Origin: Sulfolobus acidocaldarius DSM 639
Lineage (GTDB): Archaea; Thermoproteota; Thermoprotei_A; Sulfolobales; Sulfolobaceae
DNA length: 32,000 nucleotides
Assembly (NCBI RefSeq): GCF_000012285.1
Contig: NC_007181.1
Span: 240,001-272,000, forward strand
Reading direction: 5' to 3'
The notes below the pieces were generated by a model, which saw only the letters and a program-made list of their open reading frames with translations, made no database searches and had not been told where the DNA came from. The position numbers and the translations under genes were made by a program. Numbering within the stretch: position 1 is the first letter of the stretch; each line of letters starts with the position of its first letter. This document shows positions 8,681 through 19,060 of the stretch, in pieces.

Positions 8681-10162
8681 CTAGGTTATCACTTTGTCCA
8701 TAACCCTCTTTATGTCACAGAATTTAATAAATGACGAGAACGTATTTTCACTTAAATTTTTGAACCAATCTCTATCAGATTCAGCCTTATTTATTATGTA
8801 AAGGAATTTATTGACAAAATCAACGTAATCTCTGCTATCTATCTCTTTAGCTTTAGGCGAGTTATATATATCCACAAATTCCCTAATATCCTCTCCAAAG
8901 AAATATCCGTTATAACCATCCTTTATTATCTCCAATGTTCCCCCATCTTTTGATGAAAGTGTAGGTACACCATTTATACCAGCCTTCATGTAACTAGTCC
9001 CACAGGCTTCCCACCCAGAGAATGGGGTGAATAACAGCAAGTCTCCCCCTGACAATATATACTTTGCATTGGTTAAGGAGTAGTCGTGAATGTATATAAC
9101 GTTCTTCAGCTCCTTACTTAACCAATTAAACTCGTTCATATACACTATTCCTTCAGCATCCCTAGGATGAGCCTTTCCTGCTATCACAAATACTACGTTC
9201 AAGTCCTTGCCCATCTCTCTGATTAACCTGCTCACGAAATAAGGTCTCTTATATCTAGTCATTCTTCTAGCCCAGACTACTATCAACTTATCTTGATCTA
9301 TCTCTTTGTACTTTCTCAGTAGACTCAATAAATCGTTCCTGGCTTTAACTCTAGCCTCTCCAAATGAGCCCTTACCGGTATTGTAGATCTTTTTTACTTC
9401 TTCATGCATCCATCTATCAAAGCTTACACCATTGGTAAGAGGTGAAGGACTAGACTCAGGAAACATAATTTTGGTCAGGTCATTATGTTTTACCGACACT
9501 GTGTGAAAATAATTAGAGTAGTTCAAAAGTAGTTTTGTAAGCATTACATCCTCCACATCCACATGAATTCCAAACTCCTCCCTTAATGTCCTGGAGGAGA
9601 AATAGGGATGACCCCATGGACCTGGAGTATGAGTAACCAAATGAGTTTCATATTTACCATAAAGCCCTATCAATGCTAAGCCAGCAAGTGATTCATGCGC
9701 GTATACAGCCTTAACGTTATCTAACTTCTTTACATATTCCTCTGAGGCTTTAGCCAGAATGATGTACTTATACTCATAATCAAACTTACTGTCCTCGACG
9801 TATAGTCTACTAGTAGCCCTTACTGCCCAATCTGGACTAATTGTCTTAAAATACACAACTTTTGCATTTCCTCTCGCTATAGACAGTACTTTTAATTTTA
9901 CATTTCCTGGTCGAGCCTGTATCTCGATATCTCCTTCATTTACCATATTTTCCTCTAGGTAAGAATAATCCACTACCTCTTCCCTTATTTCGTTATTAAC
10001 GTAATATCTTGAGTGACCATTTGGATAAAATAATGTTAACACTACGTACTTTTCATTATATTTTGATGCCTCTAGATATTTGTCGCCCTCTAGTATTCCT
10101 AATCCTCCTGCATAAATTGGAACTTCATCAGTGGCTATTTCTGGTGTTATTGATATTATCAC
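8681..10162 (-). CDS. glgP: alpha-glucan (glycogen) phosphorylase-like glycosyltransferase (GT35-like, short archaeal form)
   Basis: N-terminal PIYAGGLGILEGDKYLEASK resembles the GT35 YSGGLGxLAGD motif. C-terminal WEACGTSYMKAGINGV resembles the EASGTSxMK PLP-lysine motif. GTG start. A GT4/GT5-type glycogen synthase relative cannot be excluded without alignment. Confidence 0.6.
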   Translation of the reverse strand: MIISITPEIATDEVPIYAGGLGILEGDKYLEASKYNEKYVVLTLFYPNGHSRYYVNNEIREEVVDYSYLEENMVNEGDIEIQARPGNVKLKVLSIARGNAKVVYFKTISPDWAVRATSRLYVEDSKFDYEYKYIILAKASEEYVKKLDNVKAVYAHESLAGLALIGLYGKYETHLVTHTPGPWGHPYFSSRTLREEFGIHVDVEDVMLTKLLLNYSNYFHTVSVKHNDLTKIMFPESSPSPLTNGVSFDRWMHEEVKKIYNTGKGSFGEARVKARNDLLSLLRKYKEIDQDKLIVVWARRMTRYKRPYFVSRLIREMGKDLNVVFVIAGKAHPRDAEGIVYMNEFNWLSKELKNVIYIHDYSLTNAKYILSGGDLLLFTPFSGWEACGTSYMKAGINGVPTLSSKDGGTLEIIKDGYNGYFFGEDIREFVDIYNSPKAKEIDSRDYVDFVNKFLYIINKAESDRDWFKNLSENTFSSFIKFCDIKRVMDKVIT

Positions 10163-10404
10163 GGCTGAAAGATTATATGGATTTTGCTTATAAGTTTTGA
10201 CCCTAAAATATTTTTACAGATGAAAAGTTGATCATATATTATACTAATGTGTTGCAGTATGAAAAATAGAGGGATTGGGGTATTAAGTAAAGAATTAAGG
10301 TAAATAGAGGCGCTTAGGATTTATAATGTTAAATTGCAATAACCAGGTTAACCGTGATGGAGAAATTTGATTAAGGAAAGTATACGCAAAAACTATTGTA
10401 ACGT

Positions 10405-11655
10405 TTATTGGGAAGATAGGTAAGCAAATATTCTAGAGCATATTATCAATAGTACGCCTGCTATCATAAAATCAATGCCATAACTAAAGTAATGTGTTAT
10501 GTAACCAGAGATAAGCGAGCCTGCAAATAGTGCTACTCCCACAACGGTGCTGTAAATACCTAATCCTGCACCCTGATGTCTTCCCCCTAAAATTTTAAAT
10601 ATCAAGGTAGTTGACGAGGAGTAAAATATAGCATAAGCTATTCCAGCAGCTAAAGGATACGACGTTAATCCTGCTAGTAGTACTGGTATTCCTACAAAGA
10701 ACTGCATTATTAGTCCTATTATTATGTAATTTCCTCCCCTAAGTAAAAGGGATAGGTGTGCTAGCTTTTCTTCCTTTCTATTCTCTAATAACCTTGATGA
10801 AAATTGAAAACCGACTATCTGTATTAACATACCTACTAAGGTCACCAGCAGTACCTCATTCTCAGTTAGACCTCTCTTGTATAGTCCTGCAGGATATACA
10901 GTGTTAAATATTCCACTACTAATGTAAAATATTATTAGTCCTATGTAAAGTAAGGGAACATAATTAACGTGCGGAGTCTTAAGACGCTTTAACGAAAAAA
11001 TCTTAAATGAGTGAATACTAGGTAAATGAAGAAAGATTAAAGGGATCTGCCTGATTCTACTGAAAAAAGACTCCTTATTATGTATTAAGGAAGTCCTCTC
11101 AAAGGATACTTGAGGCTTAGGAATGAACCTAAAACAAAGGATAAATGTAGATAGGGATATTATGGCTAATATCCCTTCAATCAAGCTAATCTCTAGATAC
11201 GTGATTAAGAAAGTAGATATGAGGAGACCAACTAGAACTCCTATTGACGAAAACAGGGAATACCTAGAAAATAGTGAACCCCAGTGTTTTTTATCTGTAG
11301 TCTCCATTACAAGTAGATTAAACGGAGTGGTAGATGCTGTACTCATGAATACTGCAAATGCATAGTTCAATGAAATCAGAGGTATTGAGCGTGACATCAT
11401 CATTAAAAATAGGGGCAGGGAAGTTCCTCCCGTGCTTATTAATATCTGCTTCCTCCTATCGAACCTATCTGCTACATATCCCCAGAACATGGAAGCAATG
11501 ATTAAGACCAGGTTGCCTAATGACACTGTATACGCTACTTCAATTGCGTTTCCTCCCAGATTGAGTATTTGAAGAGTGATCAGTGTGGACAAAGGACCAG
11601 TAGAAGCGTTAAAAGGAATTACAAGATACATCCATTTTACGTTAGGCTTAATCAT
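10405..11655 (-). CDS. MFS-type transporter
   Basis: About 12 hydrophobic segments. The loop 2-3 motif GYVADRFDRRK matches the MFS signature G-x3-D-R-x-G-R-R/K. Confidence 0.75.
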   Translation of the reverse strand: MIKPNVKWMYLVIPFNASTGPLSTLITLQILNLGGNAIEVAYTVSLGNLVLIIASMFWGYVADRFDRRKQILISTGGTSLPLFLMMMSRSIPLISLNYAFAVFMSTASTTPFNLLVMETTDKKHWGSLFSRYSLFSSIGVLVGLLISTFLITYLEISLIEGILAIISLSTFILCFRFIPKPQVSFERTSLIHNKESFFSRIRQIPLIFLHLPSIHSFKIFSLKRLKTPHVNYVPLLYIGLIIFYISSGIFNTVYPAGLYKRGLTENEVLLVTLVGMLIQIVGFQFSSRLLENRKEEKLAHLSLLLRGGNYIIIGLIMQFFVGIPVLLAGLTSYPLAAGIAYAIFYSSSTTLIFKILGGRHQGAGLGIYSTVVGVALFAGSLISGYITHYFSYGIDFMIAGVLLIICSRIFAYLSSQ

Positions 11656-11844
11656 TATAAAGTATCAGAATATCTTCTAGTTAAAAAGTTACCTAAAATA
11701 AAATAAATTGCGTAAACGTTCCTAACTGATTTAAAAATTAGAGTTAAATGAACTCACTACATTATAGATAAACCTACCATTGAGAGATAGTTTATTCGAT
11801 GAAGAAACTTATGAGATCAACACTGAATTTGACTTATTTTACCC

Positions 11845-12864
11845 TTAATTCCACTTTACAAAATTTGAGACATACCCTAAAATGTTATTCACTATTCTCT
11901 CGTTCACCATATTAAAGTTGGTCCAACTAAAAAGAGAAGGCTCCAAATAACAGGCTAATGCACATTTGTTACACTTTTCATATTGTTCCCACGGGTAACT
12001 GTTCCATAGTTTAACTATATTAGTCTCCCACACTAACTTGTCTCCGTTATACTCATTAAGCACATAACAGGGTAAAACTATTCTTCCCTGAGGATCTATG
12101 TTTATTAACATCCAGGGCTTGCATCTCCAATTCACTCCCTTATACCAGGAATTTATTATGGATTGGAAGTACTCAGGAGACTCAACAATCGGATAGCCTT
12201 TCCTCTTCAGTTCGATAAGTAAATTCAATACTTCCAGCAATTTTTTCCTTTCAGGGCTAAGTTTCTCAGCAGTTGAATAGTCGTATTCTACCTGTACGCT
12301 TACTGTTACACCTAATTTTCTTGACAACTCCAGTACATCTAAAACTTGATCGTAGTTCTCTCTAGTTATGGTAAAGCTTAACGAGACTGGAAGATATCTT
12401 ACAGCTTCTTTAATGCCCTCAACAGCTCTGTCGAAAGAGCCTGGTATACCTCTTATTCTATCATGTACTTCTCCTATACCGTCAATAGATACAAACAGAT
12501 AATCTAAATATTCTGAAATGTACTTTACCCTGTCCCTTAACAACCAACCGTTGGTTACTAAGGAAGTATAAAATCTACTGTAAGATTCCTCCAATATCTG
12601 GTCCAAATCTCTCCTCAGTAATGGTTCACCTCCTTCGAATCCCATAAATAGAACTCCTGACTTCTCTAAGGTCTTTAACATAAGGATTTCTTCCTCTAGT
12701 GATAATAGTTTTTCATCTTTTCTCCTCCAGAACGGACACATTTTGCATCTAAGGTTACAGGTGTAGAGTAACTTATGACCTGCTATGAGAGGTAACTTTT
12801 TCACTCCCCTGCCTAAGAAAGCCCTCTTGATATTTCCTAATGTCATGGGCTTAAGTTTTGACAT
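11845..12864 (-). CDS. radical SAM enzyme with C-terminal Cys-rich (SPASM/twitch-like) extension
   Basis: CNLRCKMCPF is the CX3CX2C motif and GGEPLL a SAM-binding GGE motif. C-terminal cysteines are WRCKPW, LPCY and CNKCALAC. Confidence 0.8.
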   Translation of the reverse strand: MSKLKPMTLGNIKRAFLGRGVKKLPLIAGHKLLYTCNLRCKMCPFWRRKDEKLLSLEEEILMLKTLEKSGVLFMGFEGGEPLLRRDLDQILEESYSRFYTSLVTNGWLLRDRVKYISEYLDYLFVSIDGIGEVHDRIRGIPGSFDRAVEGIKEAVRYLPVSLSFTITRENYDQVLDVLELSRKLGVTVSVQVEYDYSTAEKLSPERKKLLEVLNLLIELKRKGYPIVESPEYFQSIINSWYKGVNWRCKPWMLINIDPQGRIVLPCYVLNEYNGDKLVWETNIVKLWNSYPWEQYEKCNKCALACYLEPSLFSWTNFNMVNERIVNNILGYVSNFVKWN

Positions 12865-13147
12865 TATTAAAACTTCTGTTAGGTTATTAATAAATCATTT
12901 CATAACATTTGAAAAAATATCATTTATAAGAATAATGCAAATGTTTGTAAAAAATAAATATAACTAACTGGTTTATAACATATGTATTCCTGTATTATAA
13001 GCCTGTTTATCTTAATTTGGGAGTTTAAACAAGTAGATCCAGTTAATCTAAGTTATTGATTGTGTTCGGCTATTTTATAAAAATATTACCATGATAGCCT
13101 AAACTCGCCATAATCTTTATAAAGTAGAAGTAATAAGATAGGATGCA

Positions 13148-13456
13148 ATGAACTTCAGTAATAATGATAAGAGCAAGTACGCATTAGCGTTGGGTGCTTT
13201 GAGTGGTGTTACAACGCTTTTCTTCTTTCTCTCTCTCGACCTTTATGCATTATTATATGGACCAATAATGTTACTAATAAGCCCCTTAACCAGATTTGTA
13301 CTGCCTGTTATTATAGGTTCATTTATAGCATACTTCCTGACCAAAAAATTCAAATTCAGTCTGAGACTATCCTCAGTCCTAGTATCTTGCGTAATTTCCT
13401 TGAGTAGTTATTTTGTGATAAATTTGATTATATTATCTATTCTGGGAATGGTTTAA
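13148..13456 (+). CDS. small hypothetical membrane protein, 102 aa
   Basis: ORF with about 3 TM segments. No recognised family. Confidence 0.45.
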   Translation: MNFSNNDKSKYALALGALSGVTTLFFFLSLDLYALLYGPIMLLISPLTRFVLPVIIGSFIAYFLTKKFKFSLRLSSVLVSCVISLSSYFVINLIILSILGMV

Positions 13457-13487
13457 AGAAATTTTAAATAAAAAATTTTTCTCTTTA

Positions 13488-14336
13488 TTACAAGTAGGAG
13501 TAGATTTCATTCACGCTAACACTAGAATTTGATACTATAATGACTCCGGTGATCATGTCATTATGATCCTCTGCTCCGAGCAGGGCATATGTAGTGTTGT
13601 TTACGTTTAAGGAATATATTACAAAAGTCGAGTTCTTATAAACGAAGTTACCTGTTATGGTCAAATTGTCCGTTTCAAACAAGAATCGTTTCAGTAATTT
13701 AGTCAATTTATCGAAGTTATTACCTGTATAGTTAAAGTTCAATATTACCTGGTTGTTAACTAATTTACCCGTAAAATTCAGCTTTGGTAAGTTTCCGCTT
13801 ATAATCAAGCCTTTTTCAGTAGTTGTAGGTAACTGCTTATTTGAGTTATACAGTGATATTAATAAGTTCACGTTAATAGTTGAGTTAGTAGAGTTAGTAT
13901 GTACCACGTATATATATCTTCCATCGAAGCCAACAGCAGTTTTTGTCTTATAGTCGTAAATAAGGGAACCGTATGAACCTTGCTGGAAACCGTGTCTAAC
14001 AAGAGTCTTGTTTATATATTGAAATATCATACTGGCAAGTGGTCCCTTAACTTGTATATAACCCATTACTCCTTTGCTCTGGTTTACTGAAATAGCATAA
14101 AATACTCCTGATCCGAATGTATTTATGTACTTAGTGACATTAGGGTTCATAAAGTAATTTGAGAGATAACTGACGTTATACACGTATATTGTCCCCAGAA
14201 CCTTATAGGTAACTTGGCTGGCACTAGATTGATCATTGGAAGGTGATTGGGAGTGAATGAGCATTACTCCAGCTATAACAGCAATTACAAGTATTGCACC
14301 TATTATTCCTACAATTGGTTTGCTAATCATTACCAT
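13488..14336 (-). CDS. N-terminally anchored extracellular protein, probable glycoprotein
   Basis: One N-terminal TM/signal anchor (IVGIIGAILVIAVIAGVMLI), then an S/Q-rich linker. I counted 13 N-x-S/T sequons in 282 aa. Confidence 0.6.
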   Translation of the reverse strand: MVMISKPIVGIIGAILVIAVIAGVMLIHSQSPSNDQSSASQVTYKVLGTIYVYNVSYLSNYFMNPNVTKYINTFGSGVFYAISVNQSKGVMGYIQVKGPLASMIFQYINKTLVRHGFQQGSYGSLIYDYKTKTAVGFDGRYIYVVHTNSTNSTINVNLLISLYNSNKQLPTTTEKGLIISGNLPKLNFTGKLVNNQVILNFNYTGNNFDKLTKLLKRFLFETDNLTITGNFVYKNSTFVIYSLNVNNTTYALLGAEDHNDMITGVIIVSNSSVSVNEIYSYL

Positions 14337-14512
14337 AGGTTTACTATTGTTCTAATAAAAACCTTTTTACGATATATTCGTTTATGGCAAATAATAAGTT
14401 GTATTATTAAGCTTTGGAGATGTTGTTTTGTAAATATAGTAAAAGAATTAAAGAAGTAGTAATGAATATTTTTTCTGATAAAGAATATAATTCAGAGGGG
14501 AGATAAATAAGT

Positions 14513-15835
14513 GTGATCCAAGGTATTGAGTATGAGGAACGAGTTGAAAGAGAAGATTTCGTAGGATTCAAAATAAGACCAAAGATGATAGTATACCCAA
14601 GAACTGAAGAAGATGTTGTGAAAATAGTTAATTACGCTAGGGAGACTAAAACTCCAATAGTTACATGGGGTGCAGGTACAAGTCTTTCAGGTCATTTAAT
14701 ATGCGACGGATGTATCTTGCTCGATATGAAATACATGGATAACATCATAGAGATAAATGAAATAGACTGGTATGCGAGAGTACAAGCAGGAGTGAACCTA
14801 GAGAGGCTAGATAAAGAGTTAGAGAAGAGAGGGTTCTTTCTACCCCCAGACCCAGCTAGTTTCTTCCTATGTAGTGTAGGCGGCGCAACAGCAAACTCAT
14901 CTGGGGGGATGAGAGGAGTAAAATACGGCACATTTAAGGACTGGGTTCTAGCACTAAAGGTAGTTCTTCCGAATGGTAAAGTGGTGAAAATCGGAGAACC
15001 GTTCACTAAGAATAGGGGAGGATACGATCTAGTGCACCTATTTGTGGGGAGTGAGGGAACACTAGGAATAATAACAGAGATATGGTTCAAAATAATACCA
15101 TTACCCAGAAGGAAAAAGTATACAATTTTAGCATATACCGACAGCCTCGAGGATACCGCTGAAGTAATTGTAAGTCTAAGGAAAAATAAGATAATGCCTG
15201 AGTTAGCTGAATTCGTAGATTATCAGGTAATTAATGCTCTAAATAAACATCTTAATGCAGGTCTCGAAGAAGTAAGGGATGGGGGAGCTTTAATTATATC
15301 CGTTGAAGAAGACTATTTGGAGGAATTAAAGAAAATACTTGGTAACAAAAAATATGTAGTTGCTGAAGGGGAAGAGGCTGAAAGAATATACTCACTTAGA
15401 GCACAAGCTGCCATAGCATTAAAGGCTGAGGGGAAAACAATGTACATAGAGGATATAGTGGTTCCGGTATCTAGACTTGTAGAGGCAATAAGGAGATTAA
15501 GGGAAATAGAGAGAGCATATAACGTTAAGATGCCAACTATTGCCCACATAGGAGACGGAAATCTCCACCCTAATGTTATTTATGACGATCCAAAAGTAGG
15601 GAAGAAAGTGTTTGAGGAAGTAGCTAAAGTTGCAATAGAGTTAGGTGGATCTGTATCTGGAGAGCACGGAATTGGAATACAAAAGGCGAAACTGCTTGGT
15701 GATCAAATAATTTCCCACAACGGTAAGGAGGTACTAGAGTTAATGAAGAGGATTAAAGATCTGTTTGACCCTTACGATATTATGAACCCTAACAAATATG
15801 TAGAACTAGCATATAAATTGAGTGAAAATAGATGA
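14513..15835 (+). CDS. FAD-linked oxidase (GlcD / D-lactate dehydrogenase family)
   Basis: PCMH-type FAD-binding domain ([43 protein letters not shown]). C-terminal [11 protein letters not shown] and [15 protein letters not shown] start. Confidence 0.85.
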   Translation: MIQGIEYEERVEREDFVGFKIRPKMIVYPRTEEDVVKIVNYARETKTPIVTWGAGTSLSGHLICDGCILLDMKYMDNIIEINEIDWYARVQAGVNLERLDKELEKRGFFLPPDPASFFLCSVGGATANSSGGMRGVKYGTFKDWVLALKVVLPNGKVVKIGEPFTKNRGGYDLVHLFVGSEGTLGIITEIWFKIIPLPRRKKYTILAYTDSLEDTAEVIVSLRKNKIMPELAEFVDYQVINALNKHLNAGLEEVRDGGALIISVEEDYLEELKKILGNKKYVVAEGEEAERIYSLRAQAAIALKAEGKTMYIEDIVVPVSRLVEAIRRLREIERAYNVKMPTIAHIGDGNLHPNVIYDDPKVGKKVFEEVAKVAIELGGSVSGEHGIGIQKAKLLGDQIISHNGKEVLELMKRIKDLFDPYDIMNPNKYVELAYKLSENR

Positions 15836-16359
15836 GAGCATTATTCCCAGGAAGATTTCAACCATTTCACTTAGGTCACCTTCAAGTAGTCAAATGGTTG
15901 TTGGATAGATATGAGGAATTAATAATTATGATAGGAAGCGGTCAAGAAAGCCATTCACCTTACAACCCATTTACAGCCGGAGAGAGATTAGTTATGGTTA
16001 AGGAAAGTCTAGCCGAAACGGGGATCGATTTAAGGAAAGTTGTAATATTTCCTGTGATGGAGTCCTTTACAAGTAAAAACTGGATAAGAATAGTGGAGAT
16101 GTATTCTCCTCACTTTGATGTAATAATAAGCGGAAATCCTCTAGTTTACACAGTTGCTAAGGAGGCTGGGTATATGGTAGAAAGAGTGCCTATGTTTAAC
16201 AGGGATATATACAACGCTACCAGAATAAGGAAGCTAATTATGGAAAATGATCTAAAGTGGATGGAATGCGTTCCAAAGAGCGTTAGTCAATTTATAAGAG
16301 ATATAAAAGGTGATGAAAGGATAAGGGATGTAACAAAGAATGATTATACAGAGGATTGA
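15832..16359 (+). CDS. nadM: nicotinamide-nucleotide adenylyltransferase (archaeal NMNAT)
   Basis: [11 protein letters not shown] is the (H/T)xGH nucleotidyltransferase motif in the archaeal NMNAT context. ISGNP and RIRKL motifs are present. ATGA overlap with the upstream gene. Confidence 0.9.
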   Translation: MRALFPGRFQPFHLGHLQVVKWLLDRYEELIIMIGSGQESHSPYNPFTAGERLVMVKESLAETGIDLRKVVIFPVMESFTSKNWIRIVEMYSPHFDVIISGNPLVYTVAKEAGYMVERVPMFNRDIYNATRIRKLIMENDLKWMECVPKSVSQFIRDIKGDERIRDVTKNDYTED

Positions 16360-16422
16360 GAAAAGATCACATCTATTTTTACGTTCTAAACTAGTTTAAA
16401 AAGGGAAAAAAGAAAAAATAAC

Positions 16423-17034
16423 TTAAAGGAAAGGCGTCCAATGGGCGAAACCACTTAGATGTGCTGGGACTGCCTCCAATGCTATATATCCTGCTAATAA
16501 GGCACTAAGTATTAGGAATACAGAGTCGATGATCAAGAATATTTTCCCTTTTGATGCGTTATCTACAAATATGGACACTGGGTAGAAGAAGAACGAAGCT
16601 AAACCTACTAATGTGTAAAGACCCAACAGTGCTATAGGTTCAGTGGTTAAACCTTTGAAGTAGCCCTGAACGCCGTAATATATGGTAACTAAGCCTAGTA
16701 TTAGAGCCAAAAATCCGAATAACTCTAATTTGTAATTGTTCTTTAAACTAAAGGCTATACCCATTAAGCCTAAACCAAGTATTGGGTAAAGATCATAAAA
16801 TAGTATATTATAACTTCCAGGCAATGGCCAGACCAATAAACCATATAATCCCGTTATAGCCATAAATGACCCCATTACAAGTAATGGCATGTAAAGAGAT
16901 CTTAAGGATTCACGATATTCTTGAATTGAGCTGTGGACAGTGAAATACGTCTTTATAAATCCATAAGCTAAAACTAAAAATGAAGAGGCTAGAACTATAA
17001 GTTGACTTGTTAATGGATCTATGAATAATGCCAT
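16423..17034 (-). CDS. polytopic membrane protein (possibly DUF981-like)
   Basis: About 6 TM segments. The ORF is open to TTG 17046, but ATG 17034 is preceded by GGTGA at 5-nt spacing (SD-like), so I call 17034. Confidence 0.6.
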   Translation of the reverse strand: MALFIDPLTSQLIVLASSFLVLAYGFIKTYFTVHSSIQEYRESLRSLYMPLLVMGSFMAITGLYGLLVWPLPGSYNILFYDLYPILGLGLMGIAFSLKNNYKLELFGFLALILGLVTIYYGVQGYFKGLTTEPIALLGLYTLVGLASFFFYPVSIFVDNASKGKIFLIIDSVFLILSALLAGYIALEAVPAHLSGFAHWTPFL

Positions 17035-17423
17035 TTTAATCACCAAGTTATATTATACATTATCAGAATATAACTGGTGTGTGTTTAAGTAGATACTTTT
17101 GTGAACATTTATAATGATAATTTTTTAGGTAAAGGGGATAACGAGCAAATAAATGGAATAATAACTAATACACATAAAATATTAATAATACATTTTTATT
17201 TCAATCTTATCAACTATGTTCTTGTTAACTTATAAATGTTATGTGTGAAAATGTTTATTTTTCACCACGGTAGATGGAAAAATATAATGACAATATGCAG
17301 GAGACCTAACTAAATGAGGTACTTAGATTTGTAGTAACTGAGTTCATGGTAAGGTTATTATAGCAGTTTCAGATTATTATTATTTTATAAACAATTAAAT
17401 ATAAGGAAAAACAGTAAGAAAGT

Positions 17424-18044
17424 ATGAAGAGGTTAAATTTCGTTCTTGCCTTTGATGTTTTCGGGACAATTCTCGATCTCTCATCAATTATTCAGGAATT
17501 TAGAAGGAAGCAACTTGAATATACATGGTTACTCACTATTTTAGGTAAATTTGCCACCTTTGAAGAGATAACTAAACTGGCGTTACAAAGTACGTTAACA
17601 AGTAGGGGTGAAATGGAAAAGTTTAATGAGGAGTTAAACAAGTGGAATAATTTACGATCACACTCAGACGCTAAGTACTTACAAGACATGTCTGAAATAG
17701 TCGATATCTATGCCTTAAGCAATGGTTCGATGAAGGAAGTTTCAATGCACCTTGAACATAATGGATTACTAAAGTTCTTTAAAGGAGTAGTTAGTGCTGA
17801 GGAGGTAAAAGTATACAAGCCTTCTCCGTTAGTTTACAAACACTTCATGAAGAGTGTAACTCCTAATGCTTATCTGGTCTCATCAAATCCATTTGATGTG
17901 ATAGGAGCTAAAAATGCCGGCATGGGTGCAATTTACGTGAATAGATTTAACCAGCCAATAGATCCGTTAGGTTATCAACCTGATTTAGTAGTAAAAGATT
18001 TCCATGAGTTACATGATTGGCTAAAAAGAAAATTAGTATCTTAA
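17424..18044 (+). CDS. L-2-haloacid dehalogenase (HAD superfamily, type II)
   Basis: Nucleophile motif AFDVFGTILD, then QLEYTWLLT, YALSNGS, KVYKPSP and SSNPFDVIGAKNAGM. These are the canonical HAD motifs and closely resemble my recollection of the characterised S. tokodaii enzyme. Confidence 0.85.
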   Translation: MKRLNFVLAFDVFGTILDLSSIIQEFRRKQLEYTWLLTILGKFATFEEITKLALQSTLTSRGEMEKFNEELNKWNNLRSHSDAKYLQDMSEIVDIYALSNGSMKEVSMHLEHNGLLKFFKGVVSAEEVKVYKPSPLVYKHFMKSVTPNAYLVSSNPFDVIGAKNAGMGAIYVNRFNQPIDPLGYQPDLVVKDFHELHDWLKRKLVS

Positions 18045-18053
18045 AAACAAAGG

Positions 18054-18365
18054 TTATTTGGTTAGCTTTTTCATTAACTCGTAGAAGTTATCATAAGGAT
18101 GTATTGGGAAGACGTCAACATTCACTGAATGACCTAACTCCCTTGTAATTGGTAGAGTTTCCAGTATCTCATCTAATTCCTCATGGGAGCTAACATCTAG
18201 GATAGCTACAACTTCTCTTTTACCACTTACCTTATATAAGCCCTTAATTTTCCCACCCTTCACGGCTGAAAGCGCAGCCTCTGCTTCTTTAGTCCAAATT
18301 TCCATGAGCTTCTTTTGGTCTATACTTTCAGGTTGCTTAACTTTGAACCACAAGAGGAATAACAT
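18054..18365 (-). CDS. muconolactone delta-isomerase-like (ferredoxin-fold) small protein
   Basis: MLFLLWFKVKQP...EAEAAL...GKIKGLYKVSGKREVVAILDVSSHEELDEILETLP...VDVFPIHPY follows the MIase family pattern. 103 aa. Confidence 0.65.
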   Translation of the reverse strand: MLFLLWFKVKQPESIDQKKLMEIWTKEAEAALSAVKGGKIKGLYKVSGKREVVAILDVSSHEELDEILETLPITRELGHSVNVDVFPIHPYDNFYELMKKLTK

Positions 18366-18505
18366 TTTACATCATATTATAAACAATGTCATAAAATAAA
18401 AATAATTAGTTATATTTTATAATTGAATATACACGGAGAGAGCGATTTGGATAAAATTACTACAGGAAGAAGGATACAAACTTGCCCTTTTCCTTCCCAT
18501 CACCC

Positions 18506-19060
18506 TCAACTCTGAAGTAACACAGCTAACGCTAAGATCAACAGTGTTACAGAATAAATATAGTCAAAGTTGAACTTAGTTAAAAGTACTAGTACATTGT
18601 TTTTCTTTAGCACGATAAAGTAAGTGACTTCTCTCACTATAAATACTCCCACAGGAAGGAATACGAATAATGTATTCACTATTATCGCCAAAATTATCAA
18701 AAGGATAACATTCATCTGCAGGATGGAGTTCAGAAATGTGGATTTAACCAAGTTATAAACTGATACTCTCATACTTCCTGTGTAATGGAGCAACTTTCCT
18801 AAAAACATCTTCATCAAAATGTGAATTATGACGAGAAATATCACTATGACTTTGGTTGAATTGGAACTTTGAAGACTAGAAAATGTGAAAAACACTACAA
18901 GTATACCTAAGGAATAGTAGGAAAGAGTAGAGAGAAGAGGAACTACGAAGGACTCCTTGACTTTCTTGAAACTGTAAAAGTAATATGAAAAAAGCAATCC
19001 CTTGTAAGGATCTAGACCTTCAATTAGACTAAGGATAACAATAAGAATCTGAGGAAGCAT
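18506..19060 (-). CDS. hypothetical polytopic membrane protein, 184 aa
   Basis: About 5-6 TM segments. Its ATG lies 32 nt inside the 3' end of the upstream SBP56 gene on the same strand. No in-frame ATG/GTG/TTG lies closer to the SBP56 stop. Confidence 0.5.
   Translation of the reverse strand: MLPQILIVILSLIEGLDPYKGLLFSYYFYSFKKVKESFVVPLLSTLSYYSLGILVVFFTFSSLQSSNSTKVIVIFLVIIHILMKMFLGKLLHYTGSMRVSVYNLVKSTFLNSILQMNVILLIILAIIVNTLFVFLPVGVFIVREVTYFIVLKKNNVLVLLTKFNFDYIYSVTLLILALAVLLQS

Noticed and set aside
17047-17423. The 377-bp AT-rich divergent region was scanned for C/D-box sRNA signatures (for example atgataa at 17114, atgaggt...ctga at 17314-17341).
   Set aside because: The box sequences are degenerate and the C-to-D' and C'-to-D spacings do not fit the 12-nt guide rule. 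There are no terminal stems or GC enrichment.
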